Below are positions 12,601 through 26,515 of a stretch of 64,000 nt of DNA, one piece after another. The stretch is from the NCBI GenBank assembly GCA_030390025.1, contig CM059448.1, positions 8,742,001 to 8,806,000 on the forward strand, in the 5' to 3' direction. Position 1 is the stretch's first letter. Each line of letters begins with the position of its first letter. This stretch comes from Squalus acanthias. Taxonomy: Eukaryota. A model generated the notes under the pieces. The model ran no database searches. It was given only the letters and a program-made list of their open reading frames with translations, and was not told the DNA's origin. Position numbers and translations under genes: made by a program.

Positions 12601-14725
12601 CATTTGTTCACTGTTCTTCCTCATCAGTGCGAGCACATTATGTAGGAGTATTCTAGCTAGTATACCTGTGAAGTTTTAACATCAATTTAAAAAGTAGAAG
12701 TGAAGGATATATTTGCATAATTTCCCAATGGAAATTATGATACTGTATTGTAGGGGAGGATCCATAAAAGAAATAGTTTTCAGGTCTATTAATGCGTTTC
12801 TCAATGTAATCCTTGTCCATTCTGCTCTCCCTAACTCATACATGCTCCAACTTGCATAGGATGGGATCAGAGCAAGGCTCTCTGGTCTACAGCAGTGCCT
12901 GCAACTGGCTATTGCAAGGTGCACCAGAGAGGTTGAATTATGCGCCTCTTCACCTGGTTAACTACCCTGTTTCTCTCAATGAGGGCAATGCAGATAGAAA
13001 TCGCAAATACCTGCATCCAACCATCCCTGCAATCCAAATGATAAACCTATCTCCATGCAGAGGCAATGGAAAAGTAATGGCAGCTGTAACTTTCTGGTGG
13101 TCCTGTTTTTTCCTATAAATATGCAAATATGTTTAGATTTTGTTTAAATGGTGCCCTGATCATTTTCCTTTTTTGTGTATCAAATTTACAACATGGCTAT
13201 CTTCATAAATAAAGGTTTTAAGTTCAGCTTATATGTTAATACTAAAATTTCATTTTTTTAAATTTGGTGTCATTCTTTCAGTCCTCTGTGCCACAGGTGC
13301 AAATATCTCCTTTTCTGCCTACAGTTTGTTTTATAATGGTTACATCTAACATCTTATAGCAGAAATAAGTATAGCAAAAAATTATACCTCTATCTAGTGT
13401 GTATCGTTTTATGTCCTCTCTTAAATTTCAACTGAGTGGCAGATGCTACCCATTTATTATTTCACACTCTGCTCCTCTGTAAACAGCCACCAGAAGATGT
13501 GCAAGAGCAGACCTGGGTTATTCCTGTTTTGACTTGTAAGGAATTTTCCAGGGAATGGATTTGTCCCTGTCTTGACCGTGTTGTTACCAAGCCATTTTGG
13601 TTAGAGTTTACCGTGCTATTAGTAAAACATGTTTCTTATTGAAAGTGAGGCTCAACAATTTAGGCCAGTAGAGGTGCCACTTTGCTATGAGTACATCTTT
13701 CAAACAAGCATGAAGTAGCGGAGCAAAGCATGACCTAAACCATCCCTTTCCCTATAAGCATACTGAGTACAGGTACTCGGTTCCTAGCTTGGCTACTGGA
13801 GGGAAAATATATTTGCATCCTGTTATTTTATTATGCTCTATTCCCATCCTGAGTGCAAATCACTCTTGGCAGAATTGCTTGGAGTGTAATTGCATGGCTT
13901 AATTTAAACTGACTGCTTTACACATCTAAGTTACAATTTAAGGCACAGGAGGAATGTTTGAAGTAATACATTTATATATTTGGTATTGAGAAAATAAATA
14001 GTTTAAAACTTTAATTTGGTTCTTTCTTTGGAACTTATTTTTGGCAGGAGGAAGCCATGAACAATGTATACAGTGCCTTTGTGACAGCTGTCAACCAACC
14101 AAAGTGCTATTTTTTAATACAGATGTAGCAAACCAATGAACACATTCAGTATAATCAAACTTTGCTAATTCGATGTATGAAGAGGAAAAGTTCAAATGTT
14201 CACGTTTCCTTTGGCCAAGTTTCCAACTGTAATAGGAGTAGTTTTGAATGATTGATTATTGGGAACAAAAATACTGTATTAACAGAAATTGTGTAATTGA
14301 TCAGATTTACAAGAACTAGACAGGACAGAAGCACTCGTAAATCTGTGTGAATTCAAATTAAATTTTGATTTATAAAATTACTAGAAAAATAATTTGTTAC
14401 AATGGTAGGGCTTTTTGGAAAGTCATTCTCTCAATTTTTATACAATGATTGCAGATGGCCTTAAATGTTAACTTCAAGGAACTTTTCAACAAAATAATTA
14501 TAAGGTACTAATACTTTCACCCTGATTCCTCTGTGAATATTAAGTTCATGTCTACTACTTAGACTAATTCAGCTCTGTCCTTTCTCCTCCCCCTGCCTCC
14601 ACCCCAGAGAAGAAAACTTTGTGTAGTGAAGCTTGGTTCATAATTGTCACTCTATCTTGTTTAAATTAGATAATAACACAATGCTTTGGATTGCACTTGT
14701 GGGTTTGTATCTATCTAAGTTCTTT

Positions 14726-15150
14726 GCTCAGTGGCAGCACTGTTATCTGAGTCAGAAGGTTTAAGACCCATTTTAGAGACTTGAACACATAGTTCAGGCT
14801 GACACTTCAGTGCAGTACTGAGGGAGTGCTGCACTGTTAGAGATGCCGTCTTATAGATGAGATATTAAACGTCTGTTAAGTGCCTCCGTCTGTTCTCAGG
14901 TGGGCGTAAAGGACCTCATGGTACTATTCGAAGAACAGTAGGGGAGTCTTGTCCAATATTTATCCCTCAACCAACATCACTAAAAACAGAATATCCAGTT
15001 ACTTATCTCATTGCTGTTTGTGGGACTTGCTGTGCACAAATTGGTGCATTTCCCTACAACAGTGACTATACTTCAAAAATACTTAATTGGCTGTGACGCG
15101 CTTTGGGATGTCCTGAGGGTATGAAAAGTGCTATATAAATGCAATTTCTT
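14726..15150 (+). mobile_element. Full-length Deu-domain (SacSINE1-like) SINE with L2-type tail
   Basis: tRNA head, central gtgcagtactgagggagtgctgcactg...tttatccctcaaccaacatcactaaaaacag, tail gtgctatataaatgcaa. Confidence 0.85.
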
Positions 15151-15576
15151 TTTTTATCTCAACCATACTGTTACAGGGCGTGTAGATACCAGGTGGTACT
15201 TCACAAGGAAGAAGGGAATCAGCACATGATGCACTTGCACATCTCTTAGCAGTCAGAGCATAAAGAATGAGAAATGGGGATATATTTTAGTATGCAACAC
15301 ATGATTAACTTTTTTAGGGGTATATACTTAAATTTCTAACTCTATTTTGCGCATTAAAAGGGCAGCAACCGAGTAAAGCCAGCTTACTAAATTTTCCTGC
15401 AACCTTTGGATGAAACTATGATATTTTGTTTTAGAGAAGTTGATTAGAGATGGAAATTGATTTTGAATGTGTTTAAGTTGTAGTGTTCATGTTGCCAACT
15501 TCTGGAAACTGACTTCAGTTGACTAAAGTAAAAACCAGGAGAGAATGTTGTAGATTTATTCTTTTGTTAAATTTAG

Positions 15577-15864
<288 letters not shown>

Positions 15865-16020
15865 TGATAGGTAATGAAAATAAGTATTCTATTTCTGCTT
15901 TATATGGCAAAGTATACGCTCTTTTCTGTGCATCCCAAAAATGGCTACTTATTGTAGGACTGCTAAATTACTGAATGGAATTTTCAGAAAAGTTAAATGC
16001 ACAACTTACTGGAAAATATT

Positions 16021-16766
16021 GGCCCAGATTTTGCCGTCAGCGGCAAAGTGACTGCGCTCGATGCTGACCTTTTAAGAAAGCTGCCCACAAAGATCTAGTG
16101 ATCTCTGGTGTGGATTTCATCTTTCCAGCATTAATTTAATTCCGGCGCCATCTATAGGGGCTCTCTGGTGTCCAGCAACAGTGATGTCATCAAGCAGGCT
16201 AAGCAGCCAATCACATTGAAGAATCTCTCAGCCAGCAAACCAGGAAGTAAAAAGCACTGATTATCTGTCACTTTTTAATCATTTTACAGAGAACGAAATA
16301 AAGATTGGGACATACACATGGGATTCAGATAGAAGCTGAAATATCATCATTTTTTTTTAAAAGGTTATTTTAAACATTTATGGGAATTTTTATCATGGAG
16401 AAATTTGACATTCCACAAATATAAAATTAGTTTTTCAGGGCCAGAGAGGTTGTTGAACAGTAATTATAACTTGGTACGCTGCCAGTTACACCTCATTCAG
16501 CAAGGCTTATCTTTTTCAGGGTTTTTTACAGCGAGATTAGAGCGTAAAAAGTGGAGGTTAACATCAATTCAAGTGATTTGTAAGATTTCCACCTGCGAGG
16601 ACTTCCAACAGCACATCCTGTGGAGGAGCAGGGTATTACTGACAGCAACTTTTGGATTTGCGCATTTAAATGCGCATGTACAGAAGCCAGAAGTTGCTGT
16701 CTGTTTCAGAGTAATGATGGCGAACGCTGACAATTTTGCCATCATTACAACTGCAAATTCTGGGCC
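16021..16766. mobile_element. Non-autonomous PIF/Harbinger-like (PHIS) element, family A
   Basis: TIRs ggcccagattttgc / gcaaattctgggcc; ATT on both flanks; internal similarity to 28420 and 37676. Confidence 0.8.
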
Positions 16767-17044
16767 ATTACATTATGCTACAGCATAGTTGATGCACAAA
16801 GGAACACTAAACATTTTATTAAGTTTACTCTAGAAAATCATTGTTAATACTACTTAATGCTATGTTTTTGTTTTACAAAGAAATGCTGTTTCTCTTAGTT
16901 ATCATACATTTTATAGAACAATACCAATCAAAATTGCAAACCTTGCAACCTCATTTTATTTGGTAGTAAGGTGCTCTGCATGCACAAATCAGAGTTATTC
17001 TCAAGAATTTATTTTACACAAACTCCTAAAACAATCGTTGGCTT

Positions 17045-18495
17045 ACATAAGAACATAAGAAATAGGAGCAGGAGTAGGCCATTCGGCCCTTCGAGCCTGC
17101 TCCGCCATTCAATGAGATCATGGCTGATCTTCTGCCTCAACTCCATTCACCGGCCCTATCGCCATATCCCTTGATGCCCTTACTAGTTAGAAACCTATCG
17201 ACTTCTGTTTTGAATAGACCCAATGACTGAACCTCCACAGCCCTCTGGGGTAGAGAATTCCAAAGATTCACCACCCTCTGTGAAGAAATTTCTTCTCATC
17301 TCAGTCCTGAATGGCCTACCCTTTATCCTGAGGCTGTGGCCCCTGGTTCTAGACTCCCCAGCCAAGGGAAACATTCTCCCAGCATCCACCCGATCAAGCC
17401 CTGTAATAATTTTGTATGCTTCAATGAGATCCCCTCTCATTCTTCTGAATTCAAGAGAATACAGGCCTAGTTTACTCAATCTCTTCTCATACAACAGTCC
17501 CGCCATCCCAGGAATCAATCTCGTGAACCTTCGTTGCACTCCCTCTATGGCAAGTATATCCTTCCTTAGGCAAGGAGACCAAAATTGTACACACTACTCC
17601 AGGTGTGGTCTCACCAAGGCCCTATATAATTGGAGTAAGACATCTTTACTCCTGTACTCAAATCCTCTTGTAATGAAGGCCAGCATACCATTTGCCTTCC
17701 TAATGGCTTGCTGCACCTGCATATTCACTTTCAGTGACTCATGAACAAGGACACCCAGGACCCTTTGAGCATCTGCATTCCCCAATCTTTCACCATTTAG
17801 GAAATACTCTGCCTTTCTGTTTTTTCTACCAAAGTGGATAACTTCACATTTATCCACATTATATTCCATCTGCCATGTTCTCGCCCACTCACTGAGCCTG
17901 TCGAGATCCCCTTTAAGCCTCTTCACATCCTCTTCGCAACTGACACTGCCACCTAGCTTTGTATCATCAGCAAGTTTGGAAATGTTACATTTAGTCCCCT
18001 CATCCAAATCATTGATATAGATTGTGAATAGCTGGGGCCCAAGCACCGATCCTTGCGGTACCCCACTAGTCACAGCCTGCCATCCTGAAAAAGACTTGTT
18101 TATCCCTACTCTTTGTTTTCTGTCTGTTAACCAATTCTCAATCCATGCTAGTATATTACCCCCAATTCCATGTGCCCTAATTTTGTTCACCAACCTCTTG
18201 TGGTGGGACCTTATCGAAGGCCTTCTGAAAATCCAGATACACCACATCTACCGGTTCTCCTTTGTCCACTCCACTAGTTACATCCTCAAAGAACTCCAAT
18301 AGGTTTGTTAAACAGGATTTCCCTTTCATAAATCCATGTTGACTCTGCCCAATCTTACTGCTAGTTTCTAAGTGCCCAGTTATTGCAACCTTTAATAGAT
18401 TCCAGCATTTTCCCAACTACTGATGTGAGGCTAACAGGTCTGTAGTTCCCCGTTTTCTCTCTCCCTCCTTTCTTAAATAGCGGGGTTACATTTGC
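17045..18495 (-). mobile_element. 5'-truncated CR1/HER1 LINE, RT domain with frameshifts
   Basis: QHGFMKGKSCLTNL, VYLDFQKAFDKV, SGVPQGSVLGP, LADD in three ORF pieces; (ttcttatg)n tail. Confidence 0.95.
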
Positions 18496-18502
18496 GTTCT
18501 TA

Positions 18503-18640
18503 ACATGAGTTCAAATCCCACCACGGCAGCTGTGGGAATTTAAATTCAGTTAATTAAATAAATCTGGAATAAAAAGCTAGTGACCATGTAACTATCGGAT
18601 TGTTGTAAAATCCCATCTGGTTCACTGATATCCTTTCCTA
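18503..18640 (+). mobile_element. SINE family Y fragment
   Basis: gagttcaaatcccaccacggcag...aataaatctggaat...gaccatg as in the 6380 copy. Confidence 0.65.
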
Positions 18641-18667
18641 AGGCTTGGTTTTAAAAACTCTTGGAAC

Positions 18668-18793
18668 AAGCTCCCTGATAGTTCAGTGGGTTTGGCCTGT
18701 ATGTAGCTGAGCCACTCACCAACCAACCCCAATCAATGTATCTCGCTGTCCAACGAGGATAAGATTAGACTTGGCTCTGATGCTTTCTTCCAC

Positions 18794-18828
<35 letters not shown>

Positions 18829-18955
18829 ACCCACCTCCCAAGCAATTGATAGCCTGCTGCCAATCTGTATCAAGGCTCACTTATTAATAATGACCACTTG
18901 GGCAAGATACTGGAAGGTGCCTGGTACCATGCTTCAGGAAGGAGAGAAAATTGGA
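18668..18955 (+). mobile_element. SINE family X copy containing a C34 homopolymer (18795-18828)
   Basis: agttcagtgggt head; gatagcctgctgcc...ggctcac...gaccacttgggcaagatactggaagg body. Confidence 0.6.
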
Positions 18956-20779
18956 AAGGGTACTTTTTTTTTCCCCACGGGGGAACAAAAACTAAGATAT
19001 GTATGCCTTTTAAGTTTAAACAAAGGAGTTTATCTTTAAGTGGCACCCAGGCAGAATGTTTACATAGGGCAGTATAGATGACAATTAGATTCAAATATGT
19101 ATGAGGAGACTTTGCCAGCTACAACATTGATCCAGGTCTCAGTGCTGTATGTGTTTTGCTAAACACAACCTGTCAATCGATGAACTCACCTGTCAAGTTT
19201 GCAAAGAATTCTTTGACTTTTGAAAGAATGCTGGTGAGTGGTAGAATATGAAACTCAACTGGTGCAGCATGTTCTTCAATTTCAACTCTGACCTATTTAG
19301 GTGAGTTTCATCAAGTTTTCAGTTGTGTATAAAGTATGCATCTCTGGTCAGTCTCATTCAACAACATAAGTAGGGTGGCACCAAGAAGCAGCAGTGGGTA
19401 ACCTCAAAGAAAGCTAGAAATTATGTATTTTAAAATAGCTTGGCTATAACTTTCTGGTCAAAATTGCAACAAAGTTGTACAAAAAAAAAATTATTGCGAC
19501 TCAAATTAGCTTGACCTCTTGTTTTATAGTGACGGACCATTATCTCACTCAAAATAAATATTTGCATGAAATCCAATTGAAAAGGCAGAACAATTTCTTG
19601 ATCCCTACTAAAAATAAATCATTTGTAATAGGTTTTGGTGTTTGACAACAACAATGACATTAATTGCACATCCAATGAAATGAGTGGAAACTGGAGTTTT
19701 GTTTAACGGGGAAATGCCTGCTTTGCGTAAACTAAACATCTGTGCAATTGTTACTGGAAATGAAACATGATCTGTTTAATGCAAAATAGATCTCAGATTG
19801 CATATATTTTTATATATTCACAGCAATTTCTTCCAGTTCATTTACGTGAGTTGGGATTTGGTGGAATTGGTTTAATGGACGTAAGCAGTCATAGATGTGG
19901 CTATGGGCTATTCTTTTCTGCTTTGAGGGTATGCAGCTTTGCATCATAATCTACACAAGCTAGTTCTTTTTCAAATTGTGTACATTTTTTTAAAAGTCAG
20001 GTTTGACCTCTGCTTTCACCCTTAATGGAGATTCAGTTAGGGTTTGGTAAAATGTTTGTAATAAGATATAAAAATGGACACTGTGATCTACTGTGACGGT
20101 CATGCTGTGATTCTTTCTAATCTGTTGTCCTGTCTAGGAGCTGAAGTATGGCATTGGATATAAAATTGACATAAAAATAAGAAACCTGCTGCTGCCACTT
20201 GCAGCTGTGATACCCCAGGTCACTGCTGGAAGTATGCTGGAGAGGCACTGCTACACTTTTGGGAAGTGAAGGAAATTGATTATTCTCCACTCCCCATCTC
20301 ACTGTTTCATCATGCTGCTCAGAGAACATATGCAGTCTCTTTTTTATTCTCCCCCCTGCTCCTTCCAATGCCCACTCCTGCCCTCTTTCTGCCCCCCCCC
20401 CTTCCCCCACCATACTGTGTAGTCCAAATATATTGTTACTTGGGATAAAAGAGCATATCCTACAGATCGCAATGAGCAGTGCCACAGGCGATCCAGTTTC
20501 TTAAAAAAAATGTTCTACCACACCTGCACAAGATGGCTCAAATATATTAATAAAATAACATCACAACTGGATTGTCTTAACTTCTCTCAGCAACAACACT
20601 TGGCCTCTAATTGGTTTTGGGATGTGTTTCAGATTTACAACTAGCTGCCAATCTAGACACGCGTTTCCCTCGACAAAAGAAAATGACCTCAGCATGTACA
20701 TATTTAGAGCATTTGATCGCAGAGTATATTCTTTATGGCTTTAAAGGAATAGACCAAATAAAATGCAGCTCCACAATAA

Positions 20780-21220
20780 TGTATTAAAAAAAATCTTGCA
20801 TCTGTGCACACATCTTGTCTATAAAACCTTACTTATGCTGTCACATTTTGGTCACACTTCTGTCAACTATTCCACTATAAATTCCTGTGTCCACACTTCT
20901 AATGGAACTGCCTATGTAAACTGATGCACCCTTCCACCAGTGGTGGCACTGTAAGTACTAATTTTACATCTCCCAGCTCCTCTGCTTGTACTCCTGAGAA
21001 ACTCCTGTTCCAACTCTGCTTCCCAAATTTTATTAAGTTTTGTGATTTCACTATAAAGTAAAACCAAAGTATTATATAAAAGAGGGAATGTATGACTTTA
21101 AAAACGGGACTGAATAAGTCTGCGTGCTCAAGCCCAATTATCCACTAACCCTGCTTCACCTGAAGACTCTACTTGGCCTTGACTACTTGTGCAATGCCAC
21201 AGGAAGTCAACTAGTAATGC
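20780..21220 (+). repeat. Unclassified old dispersed repeat, copy 1 (copy 2 at 51480-51830)
   Basis: Colinear shared blocks: aaaaatcttg, cacttctg..caac, taatggaa..ctatgtaaact, ctgcttcacctgaagact, tgcaatgccacagga, actagta. Confidence 0.7.
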
Positions 21221-21419
21221 ATTGTATGTGACATGGTATAATGCACAAAATACTATATAATAAAAAGGGAGTATTTACATCATGATGGAACTTTTCTAAT
21301 AGGTGTTAATGGACTGTCTTGAGGAAACCAGTTTTAAGATATTGTATGCTCTTAAGCAATGCCATAGGAGATCTTCCAGTATGAGTTGGACAAGAATATA
21401 GAGAGCAAAATCTCATATT

Positions 21420-22170
21420 TTTACCAAAATGGGAGACGTAGCAAATAATGAGCAACAGTGTAGCCAGATTTGGAAGGAATTACATTTTTAGGCCATTGAT
21501 TGACATGGTGACAGATGTAATTTGGTGTAGAAAATGTGTAAAAATAATAAGTATAGAAAGAAAATGAGGGAGAAATGTAAATGGAACAGTAGTGCAGCGG
21601 CTGATCATGAGAAAGATCTTTGGGATTATAGTGGATGATCAGCACAGCATGAGCTGCAGTAAATGGTGAACGAGATGCTAAATTGCATTAGTAGAGGGAT
21701 GAAGTACTAATTGTATTGCTTTATAAAGCATTGGTCAAACCTCAGCTTGATGTATTGTGTGCAGTTCTGGCTGTCTAATTTATAAGATATTGCCCTTGAG
21801 AGGGTACTCTATGAGCAACAAAGACAATTCTGGATATTGGGAATTTAAGTTTGAGGAAAGGTTATGGATGTTGGGCTTTTATTTTGAGAAGAGCAGACTT
21901 CGAGGTTATTAAATTGAACTTTTCAATATTATAAAAGAAATTAACATTTTCCAGACAAGTATTTCATTATGGTAAGGGGTTCAAATGTTGGCAATCACCA
22001 GTTTAAAACGTTTGGGCAGGAAAGGACCATGGCAGCCCATAAGGAGATAATTGGATGCATTTCAGGAAAGAGAATGGATTGAGGAATATAGTATGTAGGT
22101 GAGGTTGATCAATTTTTTTTTTAAGGGACTTTTGTTTTGGTTTAATGCTTTTTCCCCTGTTCTGAAAGTT
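21420..22170 (+). mobile_element. Degenerate CR1 3' portion
   Basis: ttataaagcattggtcaaacctcagcttgatgtattgtgtgcagttctgg corresponds to YKALVRPHLEYCVQFW. Confidence 0.7.
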
Positions 22171-22744
22171 GTTAAAATTCAGGCACTGAATTTGTGATTA
22201 TGCTGCTAGCCAGTGATAAGTGACACTTTTTAAAAGTTCTGCCTTTCTGTTTCTTATTACACTCACCATGTTGGATTCTTAACAATGTAGTTTTTTTCTT
22301 TTTTTTTCTACCCCCCACCCCCAATGTTTCCCTGACTTTACATAGTGTGGCACAAAGGAAATGTCTTGACCCAGAAAAGCATGCAATGCCTTTTCTTCAT
22401 CATCTCCCTCTTTGGCTGGAATCCTTTACTTTCTATCTTGAAATGCTGCCACCATCTCCTTGCGCTCTGCAGTCTGTCACCAGTACATATTTGATAGGGA
22501 ACGGTCAAATACTATGACCTTACCACATTTATCACTGTGGCTGGCCCATGATTAATTTAGAGTGCGGTTATAACCCAACTAATTGAGGTTCAACTACCAT
22601 AGAAACTTCACGGAGTCTCTGATTCGACAAATCAAAACTTGCACTTAAATATACAGAGTAAAGCCCTTAAATGGTCTGGGTAAGGATGGAAAACCAAATG
22701 TGGTGCAGTTGGGCCAAATTACAATGTAAGATTTTCTTTTTCCT

Positions 22745-23122
22745 TTTCTTCTGTCAATTTTCTTCCTCTCTCCTGAAGGCGGACACACACAGCTCCATGA
22801 GCATCCCCTACTACCTTGCCCAATTGAGCATTCCTTATGGGTGAACCTAAGCAGTGAGTCTTGGCAGGCTGTTCATCTACAGGAAACATCTCAACCCAGC
22901 TGAGCTGGAACCTGTCCTTGCCCAACAGCACAAGTACACACTTCAGGGATCATTGAATAGCAATCAGGAGTGGAAAGCTTAAAATTTCCTCCCTGACCAA
23001 GGGGTGAAGAGTCTAATTATAGTGCCTAGCTACTTCCCCCAAGATCAGCCAATTCAGCACAGACTGGCCATTGAACTTGAGCTCTTCTGGGTCTATATAG
23101 CACTTCACCAGCTGAGCCAGTG
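22745..23122 (-). mobile_element. SINE family X copy
   Basis: ctctctcctgaagg 3' end; ttcagcacagactgg..attgaactt; caccagctgagcc head in reverse. Confidence 0.7.
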
Positions 23123-23568
23123 AAGCAAAATGTCAGCATTTTATGCCTCCTGAATGTATATTCCATTTTTGTTCACCTGAAGTTGTTCAATATTAATGTA
23201 ATGTTTTCAATATATTCTGCAAAGAGTGTTGATTCATATTTCGGTAACTCTTAACCATTTTTTTGTACCTGTAGACTGTTCAGCTGGGTGTGCCATTCCT
23301 TTGTAATCCAATATAAAGTGCATTATTCAGGTCAATTTGTTGCTCGTCAGCAAGTTTATTAAAATAGTGTTTTGGTTTTTATAGTACCTCTGACCTTAAA
23401 CTGCAAAACTCATTGCATGGTGAGGTCAGTTGCTTTTTTTTAAATCCCCTTTGAGCTTGATGAACATCATTCATATGTAGAAAGTAAGTATTTTAACCAT
23501 TCTTGCTTTGAGATTTTATGTTGAAGAAATTTATTGCAGGCATCCCAAACCATTTTGTTTTCTTGCAG

Positions 23569-23778
23569 ATCTGTGACTTTGGTCTTGCCAGAGTAGAAGA
23601 ACTTGATGAGTCCCGTCACATGACCCAGGAAGTTGTCACTCAGTATTACCGAGCACCAGAGATTCTGATGGGCAGTCGCCATTATACTAATGCCATTGAT
23701 ATCTGGTCTGTAGGGTGCATCTTTGCAGAGCTTTTAGGACGTAGAATCTTATTCCAGGCTCAAAGTCCCATTCAGCAG
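23569..23778 (+). CDS. NLK: NLK internal exon (210 bp): ICDFGLARVEELDESRHMTQEVVTQYYRAPE...FQAQSPIQQ
   Basis: tgcAG 23567-68, GTaatc 23779; DFG, APE and the NLK-diagnostic TQE activation loop (instead of TxY). Confidence 0.98.
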
Positions 23779-24204
23779 GTAATCCAGCTGACTGAAGTAT
23801 ATTTTTGTCGCAGTAAAGGTGCCTTGTGTTTTAAAGGCATGGAATTCATGTGTACTGAATTGTATGCTCCACTGTTTTGTTGATAGCCGCACTTTTAGAC
23901 AGTCATTGCAAAACATTCATCTACCATTTCTTCTCGTAAGCCCCAAATGTGTAGCAGGTTTTAAGTTTAGATTAGACATGGTATTGATTCATCCCAATAG
24001 TAATTAGATTTGAACCTTTATTTGTAAACCACCTATCCGTAAAAACACTTAAGTCAATCCTACAGGTGATAATAGATGGGTGAGAGATAAAAAGAAAAAC
24101 TGGAAATGCACAGCAGGATCATCAACTTTTTTCAAAAAATAATGATTGAAACCAGTACTGTACTGAGATCTTACAAATTTGTTTGTAAATCTTACCAATG
24201 CAGT

Positions 24205-24870
24205 CATAGGAAGAAGGAACAGGATTATGCCATTCAGCCCGTCGAGCTTGTTCTGCCATTCAATCAGATCATAACTGATCTGTACTTCAACTCAATTTAC
24301 CTGCCTTACTCTGTATCCTTTGATACCCCTACTTAACAACAATCTATCAATCTCAATCTTGAAAATTTCAATTGACCCAGCATCCACAAAGTTTTGAGGA
24401 ATTGTTCCAGATTTTCACTACCCATTGCATCAAAGTGCTTCCTGATTTTTCTCCTAAATGGCTTCGTTCTAATTTTAAGATTATGTCCCCTTGTTCTGGA
24501 TTCCCCCACCAAAGTAAATAGTTTCTCTGTATCTACCCTACTGAATCCCTTTACCATTTCAAAAGACTTTGATTAGATTATCCCTCAACCTTCTAAACTC
24601 AAGGGAATACAATTACATTTTTGTACCTGTGTATCCGCTTTTAGTGATTTGTGTACATGGGCACGTAAATCGCTTTGCTCTTCCACAGCTCCTAGTGTCT
24701 CACTACTAAGAAAATATTCTGATTTGGCTTTCTCTGATCCAGAGTGGATGACTTCACACTTCCCCACATTGGACTCTTATCTGCCATAGTTTTTCCCCAC
24801 TCAATTGGTCTGTCTATGTCTCTTTGTAACTTCCTGCTCCCATCTACGCAATTTACTGTGCCTCCTAACT
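24205..24870 (-). mobile_element. CR1 LINE 3' fragment with internal deletion
   Basis: GKCEVIH and LVGESRTRGHNLKIR peptides; CR1-type tail. Confidence 0.85.
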
Positions 24871-26267
24871 AATGAAACGGTTATTGAACAAAACTTTTGA
24901 TCCATGGGTTTTGTACTGACTTCAGCTGGCAAGAGTAAATTGTTGAGCAGCATGAAACTGGTTTTGATATTGCACCAACCATTCAGTCATTCAATTTGCA
25001 TAGGATACACAAGTCATGATGCAAATTTTGCAGTCCATGTTTTTGTACATGAATGTATTCTGAGGAGGGTGAAGTTGCCTCACTGTGAAATGCATTGCAA
25101 ACAGGAACCGCTTTCATTGCACTACTTCTGTGAAGAAAGTGGTATATTAATCACACGGTAAATAAGCTGAAGGGTAGTTCATTGCACCCAAAAGGAAATT
25201 GTTTAGAAAGCTAAACCTATAGATTTCATAGCTGGAATGGGCACTTGTCTAAATACATTATTTATTTTAGACCACTTTCCAAAGCCCTGTATCTATATAA
25301 AGAATCTGACTCTATGTATGCAATGTTGTATGTCAGTTCAATTTTATGTCTAATACACTTGTGATCCTCTAATGTTAATTGACCTATGCTAGGTTATACC
25401 ACAGACCAATCATCCCATTTGGTCTGTACTAGTGACACCATTTTTTATTTCATGTACTTTTATTCGTAGCTTTCTTATTTAGCTTGTTGAATCGGAAATC
25501 TGTCACAATTCAAATTGTAAAGTTTAGATGTTAATATCCAAGATGTAATGGGTCACTTGAAATTTAAGTAGTCCTTGCTTGCTTTCCCCAGACTAGTTAT
25601 ACAGTGGTATGCAAAATATCACTTGAGAGGCATTATTCCTATGCAAATACAGTTTGATTGCAAAGCAAGGAAATATTACAACACCGACTGCTTGCTTTGT
25701 TCTGAAATCAATCAAATGAAGTTGGTGCTTTGTAGCACATGCAGGTGGACTGGGTCTTGCACGTGGTGGTTCAATAAACCATTGCGTTGATGAATTGGGT
25801 TCAACTATGGGAGGTGCCTTTTGTCCTATAGCCCGGTTTCCAACTTCAAAAGATATGAAGTGTATCCCAGGCAGTGGGCTCCCAGTTTGCTACTTCTATT
25901 GATCACTGTGCCACATCTCACATGGAGGTGTTCTCATGGAACTCTGAGCAAATGCATGGGTAGTCATGGGTTACAAAACAGCTGCTAGTATGTGTTCTCA
26001 CTTTCTGAAGTCAAGGAGATCATGAGATGGCTCGTGATAGTGACCTTACTGGAGTGTTCTAAGGTACATAGCACAAAAGAAATATTTAGGTAACCCCAAA
26101 AAAGAAATGGTCTCGTCCCTTTTTAAAAAAAAAATTTCATTCTCCCGCTCAGCCTTGGCTTCCCTGCTCAGCCAGGCCTGAATCTGCAGTCCCCCCTCCG
26201 AACATGTCCAATGCCGGTGTCCCAGTCCACTCTACCTCCATGTCTGACCTCGTCCTCTCTGCCCTCA

Positions 26268-26515
26268 ATTTCGAAGAAGAGCAGGAGAGTTATCCCCGGT
26301 GTCCTGGCCAATATTTCTCCCTCAACCAACATAACAAAAACAGATGATCTGGTCATTTTCACATTGCTGTTTGTGGGAGCTTGCTGTGTGCAAATTGGCT
26401 GCCACGTTTCCCACATTACAACAGTGACTCCACTTCAAAAGTACTTCATTGGTTGTAAAGCACTTTGAGACGTCCGGTGGTCGTGAAAGGCGCTATATAA
26501 ATGCAAGTCTTTCTT
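26268..26515 (+). mobile_element. Deu-domain SINE 3' half (relatively young)
   Basis: tttcgaagaagagcaggagagttatccccggtgtcctggcc...ggcgctatataaatgcaagtctttcttt. Confidence 0.85.

Noticed and set aside
17223-17744. Plus-strand ORFs over CR1 copies (also 41265-42552, 43467-43781)
   Set aside because: Antisense shadow frames of LINE ORF2
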